Below are positions 35,085-43,918 of a DNA stretch of 61,335 bases, piece after piece. The stretch is from Actinomycetes bacterium (GTDB lineage: Bacteria > Actinomycetota > Acidimicrobiia > IMCC26256 > Chersky-534): NCBI GenBank assembly GCA_025463865.1, contig JAODBH010000083.1, forward strand, positions 1-61,335, read 5' to 3'. The number at the start of each line of letters is the position of its first letter. Position 1 is the stretch's first letter. The notes below the pieces were generated by a model that saw only the letters and a program-made list of their open reading frames with translations, was not told where the DNA came from and did not search any database. The position numbers and the translations under genes were made by a program.

Positions 35085-36659
35085 GTGACGAACGACCGGA
35101 TTCTCGGTGGCCGCTACCGGTTGGTCCGGGAGGTCGCGCACGGCGGCATGGCGACGGTCTGGGAGGCGGAGGACCCCCTTCTCTCGCGCCGCGTCGCGGT
35201 CAAGCTCCTCCACCCGTTGTTGGCGAACGACGCCGGCCTCCGCGAGCGCTTCCGGCACGAGGCCATCTCCGCGGCTCGGCTCAGCGACCCCGGGATCGTC
35301 GCCACCTACGACACCGGCGACGACCACGGCGACGCCTACATCGTGATGGAGTTCGTCGACGGCACGACGCTCCGTGAGGTGATCGACCGGCGCGGCCCGC
35401 TCCCGGCCGCGAGCGTCGTCGACATCGGCGCGCAGATCGCAACCGCGCTCGAACACGCCCACCGCCACGGCGTGGTCCACCGCGACGTCAAGCCCAGCAA
35501 CGTCCTCGTGCAGGCGGACGGCCGGGTCAAGGTCACCGACTTCGGCATCGCCAAGGCCGGTGTCGGCGGCGAGCTGACCCGAACCGGCACCATCATCGGC
35601 ACCGCGCGCTACCTCTCACCCGAACAGGTCGAAGGGCGCCCCGCCGATGCCCGGAGCGACGTCTACTCGCTCGGCATCGTGCTCTACGAGATGTTGTGCG
35701 GTACCGCGCCCTTCGTCGGCGACACCGAGATCGCGGTCGCGGTCGCACGACTCCACTCCTCGCCGGCTCCTCTCGCCGCGAGCCGCCCGGACGTGCCGCC
35801 GGGCCTCATCGGCGTCGTCGACCACGCGTTGCAACGCGATCCCGCGCTCCGGACGCCTTCGGCGCAGGCGCTGCGCAACGAGCTCGGCCACTTCGGGCTC
35901 GACGCCACCCCCGCGGGCGGGACGAGCATCAAGGCCGAGCCGGCCCGGCGCCGTCGAAAGGCCCCGCCACCCCCGGTTCCTCCGCTTCCACCCCGACGGT
36001 CGACGCCGGCCCCCGAGCCGCCGGGCGCGGCACCGATGACCGCGGCCGCGACGAAGACCGCCAAGAAGCGTCAACGCTCGTACCTCCGGCGCCACTGGCT
36101 GATCCTCACCGTCGTGGCGCTGGCGCTCGGAGCGGCCGCGACCGCGATCGCGCTCTCCTCCGGTGGTGGCGGGGGAGCCGGCGCAGGCGGTCAGCCGCCG
36201 GTCGTGACCGCGAAGGCCAACCCGCACGACATCAACATCGTGGCCGTCCACGACTTCGACCCCGAGGGCGACAACGGAAGCGAGAACCCGCAGGAGGTCG
36301 GCAACCTGATCGACGGCAACCCCGCCACCTTGTGGTTCACCGAGCGCTACAACACCCCCGCGTTCGGCGGCGCGAAATCCGGGGTCGGCGTCCGTCTCGA
36401 TCTGGGAAGCTCACAGACGGTGACGAGCGTCGAGGCCGACGCGAACAGCACCGGCTGGTCCGCCCAGATCTACGTGTCGGACAATGCCGGAGCGGCGGTG
36501 AGCAACTACGGGCCGGTGCGGGTTCAACAGTCGAACCTCGGCACCCACGCGGTGATGACGCTGAAGCAGCCGGCGAAGGGCCGCTACGTGTTGCTCTGGC
36601 TCACGCTGCTCCCCCAGTCCGGCAAGCTCGGCCTTTCCGGAGTACGTGTGCGTGGGTGA
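35085..36659 (+). CDS. Transmembrane Ser/Thr protein kinase with discoidin/galactose-binding-like ectodomain
   Basis: The Hanks motifs are all present: G-loop region, VAVK, HRDVKPSN, DFG, SPE. Then a Pro-rich linker, a TM (HWLILTVVALALGAAATAIAL) and an ectodomain with GNLIDGNPATLWFTERY...WSAQIYVSD...GRYVLLWLT. Confidence 0.88.
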   Translation: MTNDRILGGRYRLVREVAHGGMATVWEAEDPLLSRRVAVKLLHPLLANDAGLRERFRHEAISAARLSDPGIVATYDTGDDHGDAYIVMEFVDGTTLREVIDRRGPLPAASVVDIGAQIATALEHAHRHGVVHRDVKPSNVLVQADGRVKVTDFGIAKAGVGGELTRTGTIIGTARYLSPEQVEGRPADARSDVYSLGIVLYEMLCGTAPFVGDTEIAVAVARLHSSPAPLAASRPDVPPGLIGVVDHALQRDPALRTPSAQALRNELGHFGLDATPAGGTSIKAEPARRRRKAPPPPVPPLPPRRSTPAPEPPGAAPMTAAATKTAKKRQRSYLRRHWLILTVVALALGAAATAIALSSGGGGGAGAGGQPPVVTAKANPHDINIVAVHDFDPEGDNGSENPQEVGNLIDGNPATLWFTERYNTPAFGGAKSGVGVRLDLGSSQTVTSVEADANSTGWSAQIYVSDNAGAAVSNYGPVRVQQSNLGTHAVMTLKQPAKGRYVLLWLTLLPQSGKLGLSGVRVRG

Positions 36660-37224
36660 CCGGTCCGACGACGAGCTGGCACGCGCCGCGGCGTCTGGGG
36701 ACGCGCAAGCGCTCGACGAGCTGCTCGCCCGTCACGTCGACCGGGTCCACGGAGTCTGCGCCCGGGTCCTCCGCGACCCGCAGGACGCCCTCGACGCGAC
36801 CCAGAACGCGCTCATCGCGATCGCCCGCGGCATCGACCGGTTCGACGGCCGCGCCGCGTTCACGACCTGGATGTACCGCGTGGCGACCAACGCCGCACTC
36901 GACGAGGGCCGGCGAAGCTCCCGACGACCGACGCCGGTCGATGAACTGCCGAACGCGGTCGACGGCCGCTCCGGCACCGAGGCGACGGTCAGCGCCTCGA
37001 TCGACGTCCACGCCGCACTCGCCCAACTGCCCGACGAGTTTCGGGTCGCGGTCGTCCTCCGTGATCTCGAGGACCTCGACTACGCCGAGATCGCCGCGAT
37101 CCTCGACATCCCGCCCGGGACGGTCCGATCGCGGATCGCGCGCGGACGTACGGCCCTGGCGGCCATCCTGACCGATCGATCAGCGGGGAACTCAGACCCG
37201 GTCACCGAACGTCCGATCGGTTAG
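36646..37224 (+). CDS. ECF sigma factor (SigM-like by position)
   Basis: DATQNALIAIARGIDRFDGRAAFTTWMYRVATNAALD (region 2) and VAVVLRDLEDLDYAEIAAILDIPPGTVRSRIARGR (region 4). The GTG start (36646 or 36652) overlaps the kinase 3' end. Confidence 0.85.
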   Translation: MCVGDRSDDELARAAASGDAQALDELLARHVDRVHGVCARVLRDPQDALDATQNALIAIARGIDRFDGRAAFTTWMYRVATNAALDEGRRSSRRPTPVDELPNAVDGRSGTEATVSASIDVHAALAQLPDEFRVAVVLRDLEDLDYAEIAAILDIPPGTVRSRIARGRTALAAILTDRSAGNSDPVTERPIG

Positions 37225-38148
37225 ATGAACATGCCCGCATACCCCTTCGACGACCTGATGACCGGCCGACCGGTCTCGGAACGCGTCCAGATCACCGACG
37301 AAGCGATCAGCGCGCACGTCGACGGCGAGCTCGCAGCCTTCGCCGCGGATCTCGGGCTCGACGTCGCCGACGTGACCCGCCGGCTCGAGGACTGGCCCGG
37401 CTTCGAGACCCGGCGCGCCGAGCTCGAGGCCTCCAGGGCGGCGATCGGCGCGCTTCCGGCACCAGAGCTCGACGAGCTCACCCGGCAGCGGATGCTCACC
37501 GCCGCGACCCGGGCAGGGTCGATGCCGCCGGCGCGCGCAACCGGACGCGCTCGCCCACGGTCCCGCGTCGCCACGCGGTGGACGGCGATCTCGGCGGCCG
37601 CCGCGATCCTCGTCGTCGGCGGTGCCTTCGTCGTGCTGCGCGGCGACCACGGTGACCACCCGCGTCGAGCGGTCGACGCGGCTGCGGCTGCGCCCGCTCC
37701 CCTCGGCTACGTCGGCGACCTCGGCGACGTCACCGACCCGAACGCGCTCCGCGCCGAGCTGGCCCGGCGCCTGGTCCCGGGTGACAAGTCAGCCGGCAAG
37801 ACGGCGACGCCCGCGACCACGACGACGACACCTGCCGCGTCCGAGCAGTCCAACCGCGCCGCCGCGTCTGCGCCGGGACTCGCCACAGGTTCCACCACGA
37901 CGGGCAACGCGGACGACTCCTCCAGATTTGGGACGTCGGTGGCGCCGGAGTCGGCGGCCAGCCGGTGCGCGGCCTCGATCGTCAGCGCCGACGCACCCGG
38001 GCGCACGGTGCTGCTCACCGCCACCGGTGTCTACCGCGGGCAGCCGGCCGCGATCGTCACGATCCGACGCGGCGGTCGGACCGTCACCTTCATCGCCGAC
38101 CTGTCCACCTGCGCGGTCATCGGCGGGCAGTCGGGCGGCTCCGGCTGA
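37225..38148 (+). CDS. Putative anti-sigma factor, single-pass membrane protein
   Basis: ATG directly abuts the sigma stop. N-terminal ISAHVDGEL segment, one TM (WTAISAAAAILVVGGAFVVL), and a Thr/Ala-rich ectodomain. Confidence 0.5.
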   Translation: MNMPAYPFDDLMTGRPVSERVQITDEAISAHVDGELAAFAADLGLDVADVTRRLEDWPGFETRRAELEASRAAIGALPAPELDELTRQRMLTAATRAGSMPPARATGRARPRSRVATRWTAISAAAAILVVGGAFVVLRGDHGDHPRRAVDAAAAAPAPLGYVGDLGDVTDPNALRAELARRLVPGDKSAGKTATPATTTTTPAASEQSNRAAASAPGLATGSTTTGNADDSSRFGTSVAPESAASRCAASIVSADAPGRTVLLTATGVYRGQPAAIVTIRRGGRTVTFIADLSTCAVIGGQSGGSG

Positions 38149-38207
38149 CGTTCCGACCCGCCCATGTACGCTCACCTCACCCGGCCGCCGGCCCGAATCG
38201 AGGTGCG

Positions 38208-38522
38208 ATGAGTGACTGGACGCAACAGGCAGCGGATGCGATCGAGTCCGCGGTCACCACGGCGCGGGACAAGACGGTCGAACCGGCCCGATACGCGGCC
38301 CGGGTCGCCGTCTACGGCACCCTCGTGGCGTTCTTCGCCCTGGTTGCCGTCATCCTGCTCCTCGTGGGCCTGTTCCGGGGTCTGAACGTCGTGTTCCACG
38401 GCGCGTTCGGGTGGAAGGTCTGGGTCTCCTACGCGGTCGTCGGAGGAATCTTCGTGATCGGGGGCGGGTTCTGCTGGGTCAATCGTTCCCCGAAGAGGAC
38501 ATCGGATGCCCGAACCGCGTGA
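38208..38522 (+). CDS. Small membrane protein, function unknown
   Basis: ATG 38208 within ORF 37965..38522. Two hydrophobic helices (VAVYGTLVAFFALVAVILLLVGLF; VWVSYAVVGGIFVIGGGFCWV). The 3' end overlaps trxB by 17 nt. Confidence 0.45.
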   Translation: MSDWTQQAADAIESAVTTARDKTVEPARYAARVAVYGTLVAFFALVAVILLLVGLFRGLNVVFHGAFGWKVWVSYAVVGGIFVIGGGFCWVNRSPKRTSDARTA

Positions 38523-39447
38523 GCTGATCATCATCGGATCCGGCCCTGCCGGACTGACCGCCGCCATCTACGCCGCTCGAGCGAATCTGCAGCCGCTCGT
38601 CATCGAAGGTCTCGCCGCCGGAGGCCAGCTCATGCTGACCACCGAGGTCGAGAACTTTCCGGGCTTCCCCGAGGGGATCATGGGTCCCGAGCTCATGATG
38701 CGCATGCGTGAGCAGGCGGAGCGCTTCGGCGCCGAGTTCATCACCGCCGACGTGGACCGGGTCGAGTTGAGCGAGCGCCCGTTCGGCGCCTGGGTCGGCG
38801 ACTCCGAGTACCGCGCGATGACGGTGATCGTCTCCACCGGTGCGTCGGCCCGCATGCTGGGCATCGAGGGCGAGTACGACCTCCTCGGGCACGGCGTGTC
38901 GACCTGCGCGACCTGTGACGGCTTCTTCTTCCGCGAGCACGAGATCGCCGTCGTCGGTGGCGGCGACTCGGCCATGGAAGAGGCGATCTTCCTCACCAAG
39001 TTCGCGAGCAAGGTCACGATCGTGCACCGCAGGCACGAGCTGCGGGCGTCGAGGATCATGGCCGAGCGCGCGCTGGCGCACCCCAAGATCGAGTTCGTCT
39101 GGGACAGCGCGGTCGACGAGGTCATCGGTGAGAAGAAGCTCGAGGGTGCCCGTCTGCGGAACCTCGTCACCAGCGAGGAGTCCGTGCTCCCGGTCACCGG
39201 GCTGTTCGTCGCGATCGGTCACGACCCGAACACCGCGTTGTTCAAGGGACAGCTCGAGCTCGACGCGAACGGCTACATCGTCACCGAAGGCTCCTCGATG
39301 CGGACCTCGGTCGACGGCGTCTTCGCCTGTGGCGACGTCCAGGACCACGTGTTCCGCCAGGCGATCACCGCGGCGGGAACCGGCTGCATGGCTGCGATCG
39401 AGGCCGAGCGGTGGCTCCAGGCCCTCGAACCGATCGCGGCGTCGTAG
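38506..39447 (+). CDS. trxB: Thioredoxin-disulfide reductase
   Basis: IIGSGPAG, redox centre CATCDGFFF, VVGGGDSAMEEA, and GVFACGDV. Confidence 0.93.
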   Translation: MPEPRELIIIGSGPAGLTAAIYAARANLQPLVIEGLAAGGQLMLTTEVENFPGFPEGIMGPELMMRMREQAERFGAEFITADVDRVELSERPFGAWVGDSEYRAMTVIVSTGASARMLGIEGEYDLLGHGVSTCATCDGFFFREHEIAVVGGGDSAMEEAIFLTKFASKVTIVHRRHELRASRIMAERALAHPKIEFVWDSAVDEVIGEKKLEGARLRNLVTSEESVLPVTGLFVAIGHDPNTALFKGQLELDANGYIVTEGSSMRTSVDGVFACGDVQDHVFRQAITAAGTGCMAAIEAERWLQALEPIAAS

Positions 39448-39523
39448 TCCGGAATGCGCCCGGGTCCGACTCGGTTGGACCGGCCACTAGGCTCACAGAG
39501 CCCTCGCTTGAAAGGACCAAACA

Positions 39524-39853
39524 GTGTCTGAGGACATCCTGACAGTTTCCGACGCGACGTTCGACGAGACGGTGGTCGGATCAGACACGCCGGTCGTCGT
39601 CGACTTCTGGGCCGAATGGTGCGGCCCGTGCAAGATGATCGCGCCGACGCTCGAGGAGATCGCCTCGGAGAACCGCGGCAAGCTCTCGATCGCGAAGCTC
39701 AACGTGGACGACAACCCGGAGACCGCCCGCCGGTTCGACGTCATGAGCATCCCGACGCTCATCGTCTTCCAGAACGGCGAGGCCAAGAAGCGCCTCGTGG
39801 GGGCGAAGGGCAAGGGCCAGCTCCTGCAGGACCTGGCCGAGTTCATCGGTTGA
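39524..39853 (+). CDS. trxA: Thioredoxin
   Basis: VVVDFWAEWCGPCKMIAP active site. GTG start. Confidence 0.93.
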   Translation: MSEDILTVSDATFDETVVGSDTPVVVDFWAEWCGPCKMIAPTLEEIASENRGKLSIAKLNVDDNPETARRFDVMSIPTLIVFQNGEAKKRLVGAKGKGQLLQDLAEFIG

Positions 39854-40857
39854 CCGATCCGCTCGCGCTCCGGCGCGGCGAGACCGGCGAGGAGGTCCGC
39901 GACCTCCAGCTGCGGCTCGCTGCGCTCGGAGCCGAGATCGGCGACGCGCAGACCGGGCTCTACGACGCCGCGACCGAGCGGTGCGTCCGGGCGTTCCAGG
40001 AGAGCCGCGGCCTCCGGGTCGACGGCATCTGCGGCCCGCAGACGTGGGCTGCGCTCGTGGAAAGCGGTTACGCGCTCGGAGACCGCTTGCTCTACCTGCG
40101 CCGGCCGATGCTACGGGGTGACGACGTCGCCGAGTTGCAAGGCCGGCTCAACGCCCTCGGATTCGACGCCGGCCGCGAAGACGGGATCCTCGGGCCCGCA
40201 ACCGCCCGTGCGCTCGCCGACTTCCAGCGCAACGCCGGACTCGGTTTCGACGGCATCTGCGGGGCGACCACCGTCGCCGCACTCGCCCGGCTGGGAGATC
40301 GGCGCACCGGGTCGGTCGCCGAGGTCCGCGAGCGTGAGGGCCTCCGCAGTGTGCGACGGCTCGACGAGCGCAGGATCTACCTCTGGTGCACCCCTGGGCT
40401 CCAACCGCTCGGGGCCGCGGTTGGTCGAGGGTTGGCCGAGAGTGGCGCGGAGATCGTCATCGACGTCTCCGGCGAGCTCGACTCGGTGGTGGCCGAGGAC
40501 GCCAACCGTTACGCGGCCGACGTGCTCCTGGCGCTCCGCCTCGGCGATCGCAGCGAGATCTGTGCCCACCACTTCGGCACGGAGCGGAGCCGCTCCGAAT
40601 CCGGGCTGCATCTCGCCGCCGCCCTACTCGAGGAACTTGCCAAGATCTCCCAGGTTGCCGCAGGGCCCGAACCGAGGCGCTACGCGATCCTCCGAGAGAC
40701 CCGCATGACCGCGGTCGTCTGCGAGCTCGGCCTCGACGGCGACGTCGAGACGATGGGCCGCCTGGTCAGCAACAACGCCGCGATCGCCCGCGCCGTCGTC
40801 CGAGGCGTTCGTCACGGCGTCGAGCGTCCGATCCAGGAACCCGTCGGCGACGCATAG
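39850..40857 (+). CDS. cwlM: CwlM-like protein: two peptidoglycan-binding repeats plus a degenerate amidase_3 domain
   Basis: TTG 39850 overlaps the trxA stop (TTGA). Two PG_binding_1 repeats (V..LQ..L..LG.....DG..G..T..A...FQ...GL..DGICG..T). In the C-terminal domain the usual DPGHGG zinc-ligand motif reads TPGLQP. Confidence 0.75.
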   Translation: MTDPLALRRGETGEEVRDLQLRLAALGAEIGDAQTGLYDAATERCVRAFQESRGLRVDGICGPQTWAALVESGYALGDRLLYLRRPMLRGDDVAELQGRLNALGFDAGREDGILGPATARALADFQRNAGLGFDGICGATTVAALARLGDRRTGSVAEVREREGLRSVRRLDERRIYLWCTPGLQPLGAAVGRGLAESGAEIVIDVSGELDSVVAEDANRYAADVLLALRLGDRSEICAHHFGTERSRSESGLHLAAALLEELAKISQVAAGPEPRRYAILRETRMTAVVCELGLDGDVETMGRLVSNNAAIARAVVRGVRHGVERPIQEPVGDA

Positions 40858-40887
40858 CGATCTGCGCCGCGTCGACTTGGCCTCGGG

Positions 40888-41781
40888 TCACCCGAGACTT
40901 GCGTCGACTCGACCTTTACCTTCGGTCATGAGCCGGTAGATCCGCTCGAGGTCCTCGAGGGTCGAGAAGTCGATGACGACCTTCCCGCGCTTCGCGTTGA
41001 GGTCGACCTTGACCCGGGTCTCGAGGTAGTCGCCCAGCAGCTCCTCCAACTCGAGCAGGCCCGGTGGGCGGAGTCGCCGGCCGGTGGCCGTAGCAGCGTT
41101 GCCGGCGGGCGCTTCGCGCGTCCGGCTCCGCACCGCGTCCTCGACCGCACGGACCGAGAGCCCGCCGGCCACCGCACGTTTCGCGAGCTGCTCCTGGTAC
41201 GCCCGATCGGGCGTGCCGAGTAGCGCGCGGGCGTGGCCCATGGTGAGGTTGCCGTCCTGCAGTGCGCGTTGGATCGAGGGCGGGAGCTGGAGAAGTCTCA
41301 AGGTGTTGGTGATGCTGGTCCGGCTCTTGCCGACACGGGCCGCGACCTCGTCGTGGGTGAGCTCGAAGTCCTCGATGAGCTGCTGGTAGGCCGCGGCTTC
41401 CTCGAGGACGTTGAGGTCGGAGCGGTGCAGGTTCTCGACCAACGCGGCTTCGAGCGCGACCACGTTGGTGCTCGAGCGGATCAGCGCGGGGATCACCTGG
41501 AGCCCGACCCGTCGGGCCGCGCGCCAGCGACGCTCGCCCGCGATGAGCTCGTAGCCGTCGTCGGCCGGCCGCACGAGCACCGGCTGCAGGACCCCGACCT
41601 CTCGGATCGACTCCGCGAGGATCGCGAGCGCCTCTTCGTCGAAATGGCTCCGCGGCTGGAACGGGTTCGGCCGGATGGACGCAACCGGAAGTTGCTCCAG
41701 CCCGTCCTCGAGTCCCGTCTGCTGCGCTTCGGCGGGGATCAGGGCCCCGAGCCCTTTACCCAGTCCGCCTCTTCGCGCCAC
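40888..41781 (-). CDS. parB: Chromosome partitioning protein ParB
   Basis: GTG 41781 preceded by AAGGAGG-tatgcc. RRGGLGKGLGALIP, the ParB box GERRWRAA, and the HTH SRTSITNTLRLLQLP. The listed ORF reaches 41823. Confidence 0.9.
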   Translation of the reverse strand: MARRGGLGKGLGALIPAEAQQTGLEDGLEQLPVASIRPNPFQPRSHFDEEALAILAESIREVGVLQPVLVRPADDGYELIAGERRWRAARRVGLQVIPALIRSSTNVVALEAALVENLHRSDLNVLEEAAAYQQLIEDFELTHDEVAARVGKSRTSITNTLRLLQLPPSIQRALQDGNLTMGHARALLGTPDRAYQEQLAKRAVAGGLSVRAVEDAVRSRTREAPAGNAATATGRRLRPPGLLELEELLGDYLETRVKVDLNAKRGKVVIDFSTLEDLERIYRLMTEGKGRVDASLG

Positions 41782-43126
41782 GGCATACCTCCTTGGAGAG
41801 TTCTCGATAGGCGATCGCGCCACGCGAGGTCGAGTCGAAGATGATGATGGGCTGCCCGAAGGACGGCGCTTCCGACAGTCGCACGGTCCGGGGCACCACG
41901 GTCCGGTAGACCTTGGGCCCGAAGTGCTCGCGCACCTCCTGCTCCACCTGGTCCGAGAGCTTCGTCCGGGCGTCGTACATGGTGAGAACGATCCCCCGGA
42001 CGTCGAGCGTCGGGTTGAGGTTCGTGCGGACCAGCGCCACGTTGCGGAGCAACTGACCCAAACCCTCGAGCGCGTAGTACTCGCACTGGATCGGGACGAT
42101 CACCGCATCGGCCGCTGCGAGGCCGTTCACGGTGAGCAGGCCGAGGGACGGTGGGCAGTCGATCAACGCGAAGTCGTAGTCGTCGCGGGCCTCTTGGAGC
42201 GCCCGCTTGAGCTTGAGCTCGCGACTGAACGCCGGGACCAGCTCGATCTCGGCCCCGGCAAGGTCGATGGTCGCGGGCGCAACGAAGAGGTTCTTGAGAC
42301 TTGTCGGTTCGACGCAGTCCTCGAGCGGGAGGTCGTGCATGAGCACGTCGTAGATCGAGTTCTGCAGGTTGCGGGCGTTGATCCCGAGGCCGGTCGTGGC
42401 GTTCCCCTGGGGGTCGAGGTCGACCACCAGCACGCGGTAACCAAGTTCGGCGAGACCGGCGCCCAGGTTCACCGAGGTGGTGGTCTTCCCCACGCCACCC
42501 TTCTGGTTCGCGATGGCGATGATCGTCGGGAGGTCGTACTCCTCGTACTCGGAACCGCCGCCGCCACCAGCACGCTGCTCGGCGCGACTGAGCGGTCGTC
42601 CCGGCGGAGTCGCCACTGGCGGTTCGGGAACCTCAGGGAGCGGGGTCTCGACCGGGCCGGCTGCCGGCTCGGGCCCGACGACCGGGGATACCTGCGCCTC
42701 CGAGACGTTGATCTCGACCCCGGCGGCTCCCGGCTCGGCAGTACGGGCGATCGCGATCTCCAGACTCTCGACCTCTTCGCCGTCGCCCACATCCAGCGCG
42801 GGTCCGCTGGGTCCAGCATCCGCGGTCTCAGCCGTTGGCGGCTCAGGATCCGCCGGGACCACCACGGCCGGCCTGACGGTGCCGAAGGGGGTGGCCGGAC
42901 CCGGGTGGGACGTCACCGTGGCGGCGTCCTCGGCATCCGAAGCCGTTGCGTCCTCGTTTCCGCGCCGAGACGCCCACGGGCTCGGACGGCGTCCGAACGG
43001 GCGCAGATCCGCGTGGGTGCTCTCCGGTGCTTCGGACGGCGGCGGTGCGACTCCACCCTCGACCTGCGGGCGCGATGCGCGCTCAGCGGCGCCTTCGGGA
43101 TCGGATCCGCTCGCGTCGATCGTCAC
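41756..43126 (-). CDS. parA: Chromosome partitioning ATPase ParA (Soj) with a roughly 195-aa disordered N-terminal extension
   Basis: Deviant Walker A IANQKGGVGKTTTSVNL and LVVDLDPQGNAT. GTG 43126 preceded by GAAGGA. No other canonical start lies between it and the ATPase core. The 3' end overlaps parB by 26 nt. Confidence 0.85.
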   Translation of the reverse strand: MTIDASGSDPEGAAERASRPQVEGGVAPPPSEAPESTHADLRPFGRRPSPWASRRGNEDATASDAEDAATVTSHPGPATPFGTVRPAVVVPADPEPPTAETADAGPSGPALDVGDGEEVESLEIAIARTAEPGAAGVEINVSEAQVSPVVGPEPAAGPVETPLPEVPEPPVATPPGRPLSRAEQRAGGGGGSEYEEYDLPTIIAIANQKGGVGKTTTSVNLGAGLAELGYRVLVVDLDPQGNATTGLGINARNLQNSIYDVLMHDLPLEDCVEPTSLKNLFVAPATIDLAGAEIELVPAFSRELKLKRALQEARDDYDFALIDCPPSLGLLTVNGLAAADAVIVPIQCEYYALEGLGQLLRNVALVRTNLNPTLDVRGIVLTMYDARTKLSDQVEQEVREHFGPKVYRTVVPRTVRLSEAPSFGQPIIIFDSTSRGAIAYRELSKEVCRGAKRRTG

Positions 43127-43189
43127 GGTGCAGTCCTTCTCATCGGTGCCATCCTCCCTGCGCTCAGCTCGATGGTCAAGCCTCAGGAC

Positions 43190-43203
43190 GTTTCACGTGG
43201 AAC
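43190..43203. other. parS centromere-like site (1 mismatch to GTTTCACGTGAAAC)
   Basis: GTTTCACGTGGAAC, 64 nt upstream of the parA start. Confidence 0.8.
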
Positions 43204-43273
43204 GTGGCCGACCTCAAGACAGCACGACCTCGTGCGATTCGCGTGAACGAAGTCCGTAGGAGCGCCGGGCGAT

Positions 43274-43287
43274 GTTCCACGTGAAAC
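43274..43287. other. parS centromere-like site, exact reverse complement of the first
   Basis: GTTCCACGTGAAAC, ending 1 nt before the rsmG stop codon. Confidence 0.8.
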
Positions 43288-43288
43288 C

Positions 43289-43918
43289 TCACCAGAGCGG
43301 CCGTTTGCTGGGGATCCCCACCCGTCTTGGGTAGCGGTCGTCCAATGGTGCGATCTTTCGGAGTACCGCGAACCCCAGGCCATCACGGTGCTCGACTCCG
43401 GTGAACTCCAGACCCAGAATGTCGAGGGGGGCCTGGGACCAGCGCTCACCGGTGCTGTTCGGCGCCTCGCTGACCACCAACCTACCCCCGGGCGCAACCA
43501 GTCCAGCTGCGCATTCCGCCAACACCGGAGCGGATCCGAAGGCGCGAGCCACCACCAGCTCGTAGGACTCTCGCTCAGCCGTCCGTCCGAGCTCCTCTGC
43601 CCGAGCGGCCACGGCGACGCCTCGATCCGCGAGGCCGAGATCGATGAGAGCCTGCGCGAGCAGCGTGCTTCTGCGCTCGGAGCCGTCGACGAGGAGAGCG
43701 GTCGCCTCCGGCCACTGCACGAGCAACGGGATGCCCGGGAGTCCCGCGCCGGTACCGAGATCGAGGAAGCGGGCGGGTGGGGTTCCCACCGCCGCGGCGA
43801 AGGCCGCGGAATGCGCCAGGTGCTCACGGGCGCTGCCCGAGCCCAAGAGGTGCCGGGCCTGCGCGTCGTCGAGGTACCGCTTGACCGGACCCCAGCGATC
43901 GGGATCGCCGTCGATCAA
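43289..43918 (-). CDS. rsmG: 16S rRNA (guanine527-N7)-methyltransferase
   Basis: FLDLGTGAGLPGIPL SAM motif. The TTG start overlaps the jag stop (TTGA). Conserved position. Confidence 0.9.
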   Translation of the reverse strand: MIDGDPDRWGPVKRYLDDAQARHLLGSGSAREHLAHSAAFAAAVGTPPARFLDLGTGAGLPGIPLLVQWPEATALLVDGSERRSTLLAQALIDLGLADRGVAVAARAEELGRTAERESYELVVARAFGSAPVLAECAAGLVAPGGRLVVSEAPNSTGERWSQAPLDILGLEFTGVEHRDGLGFAVLRKIAPLDDRYPRRVGIPSKRPLW

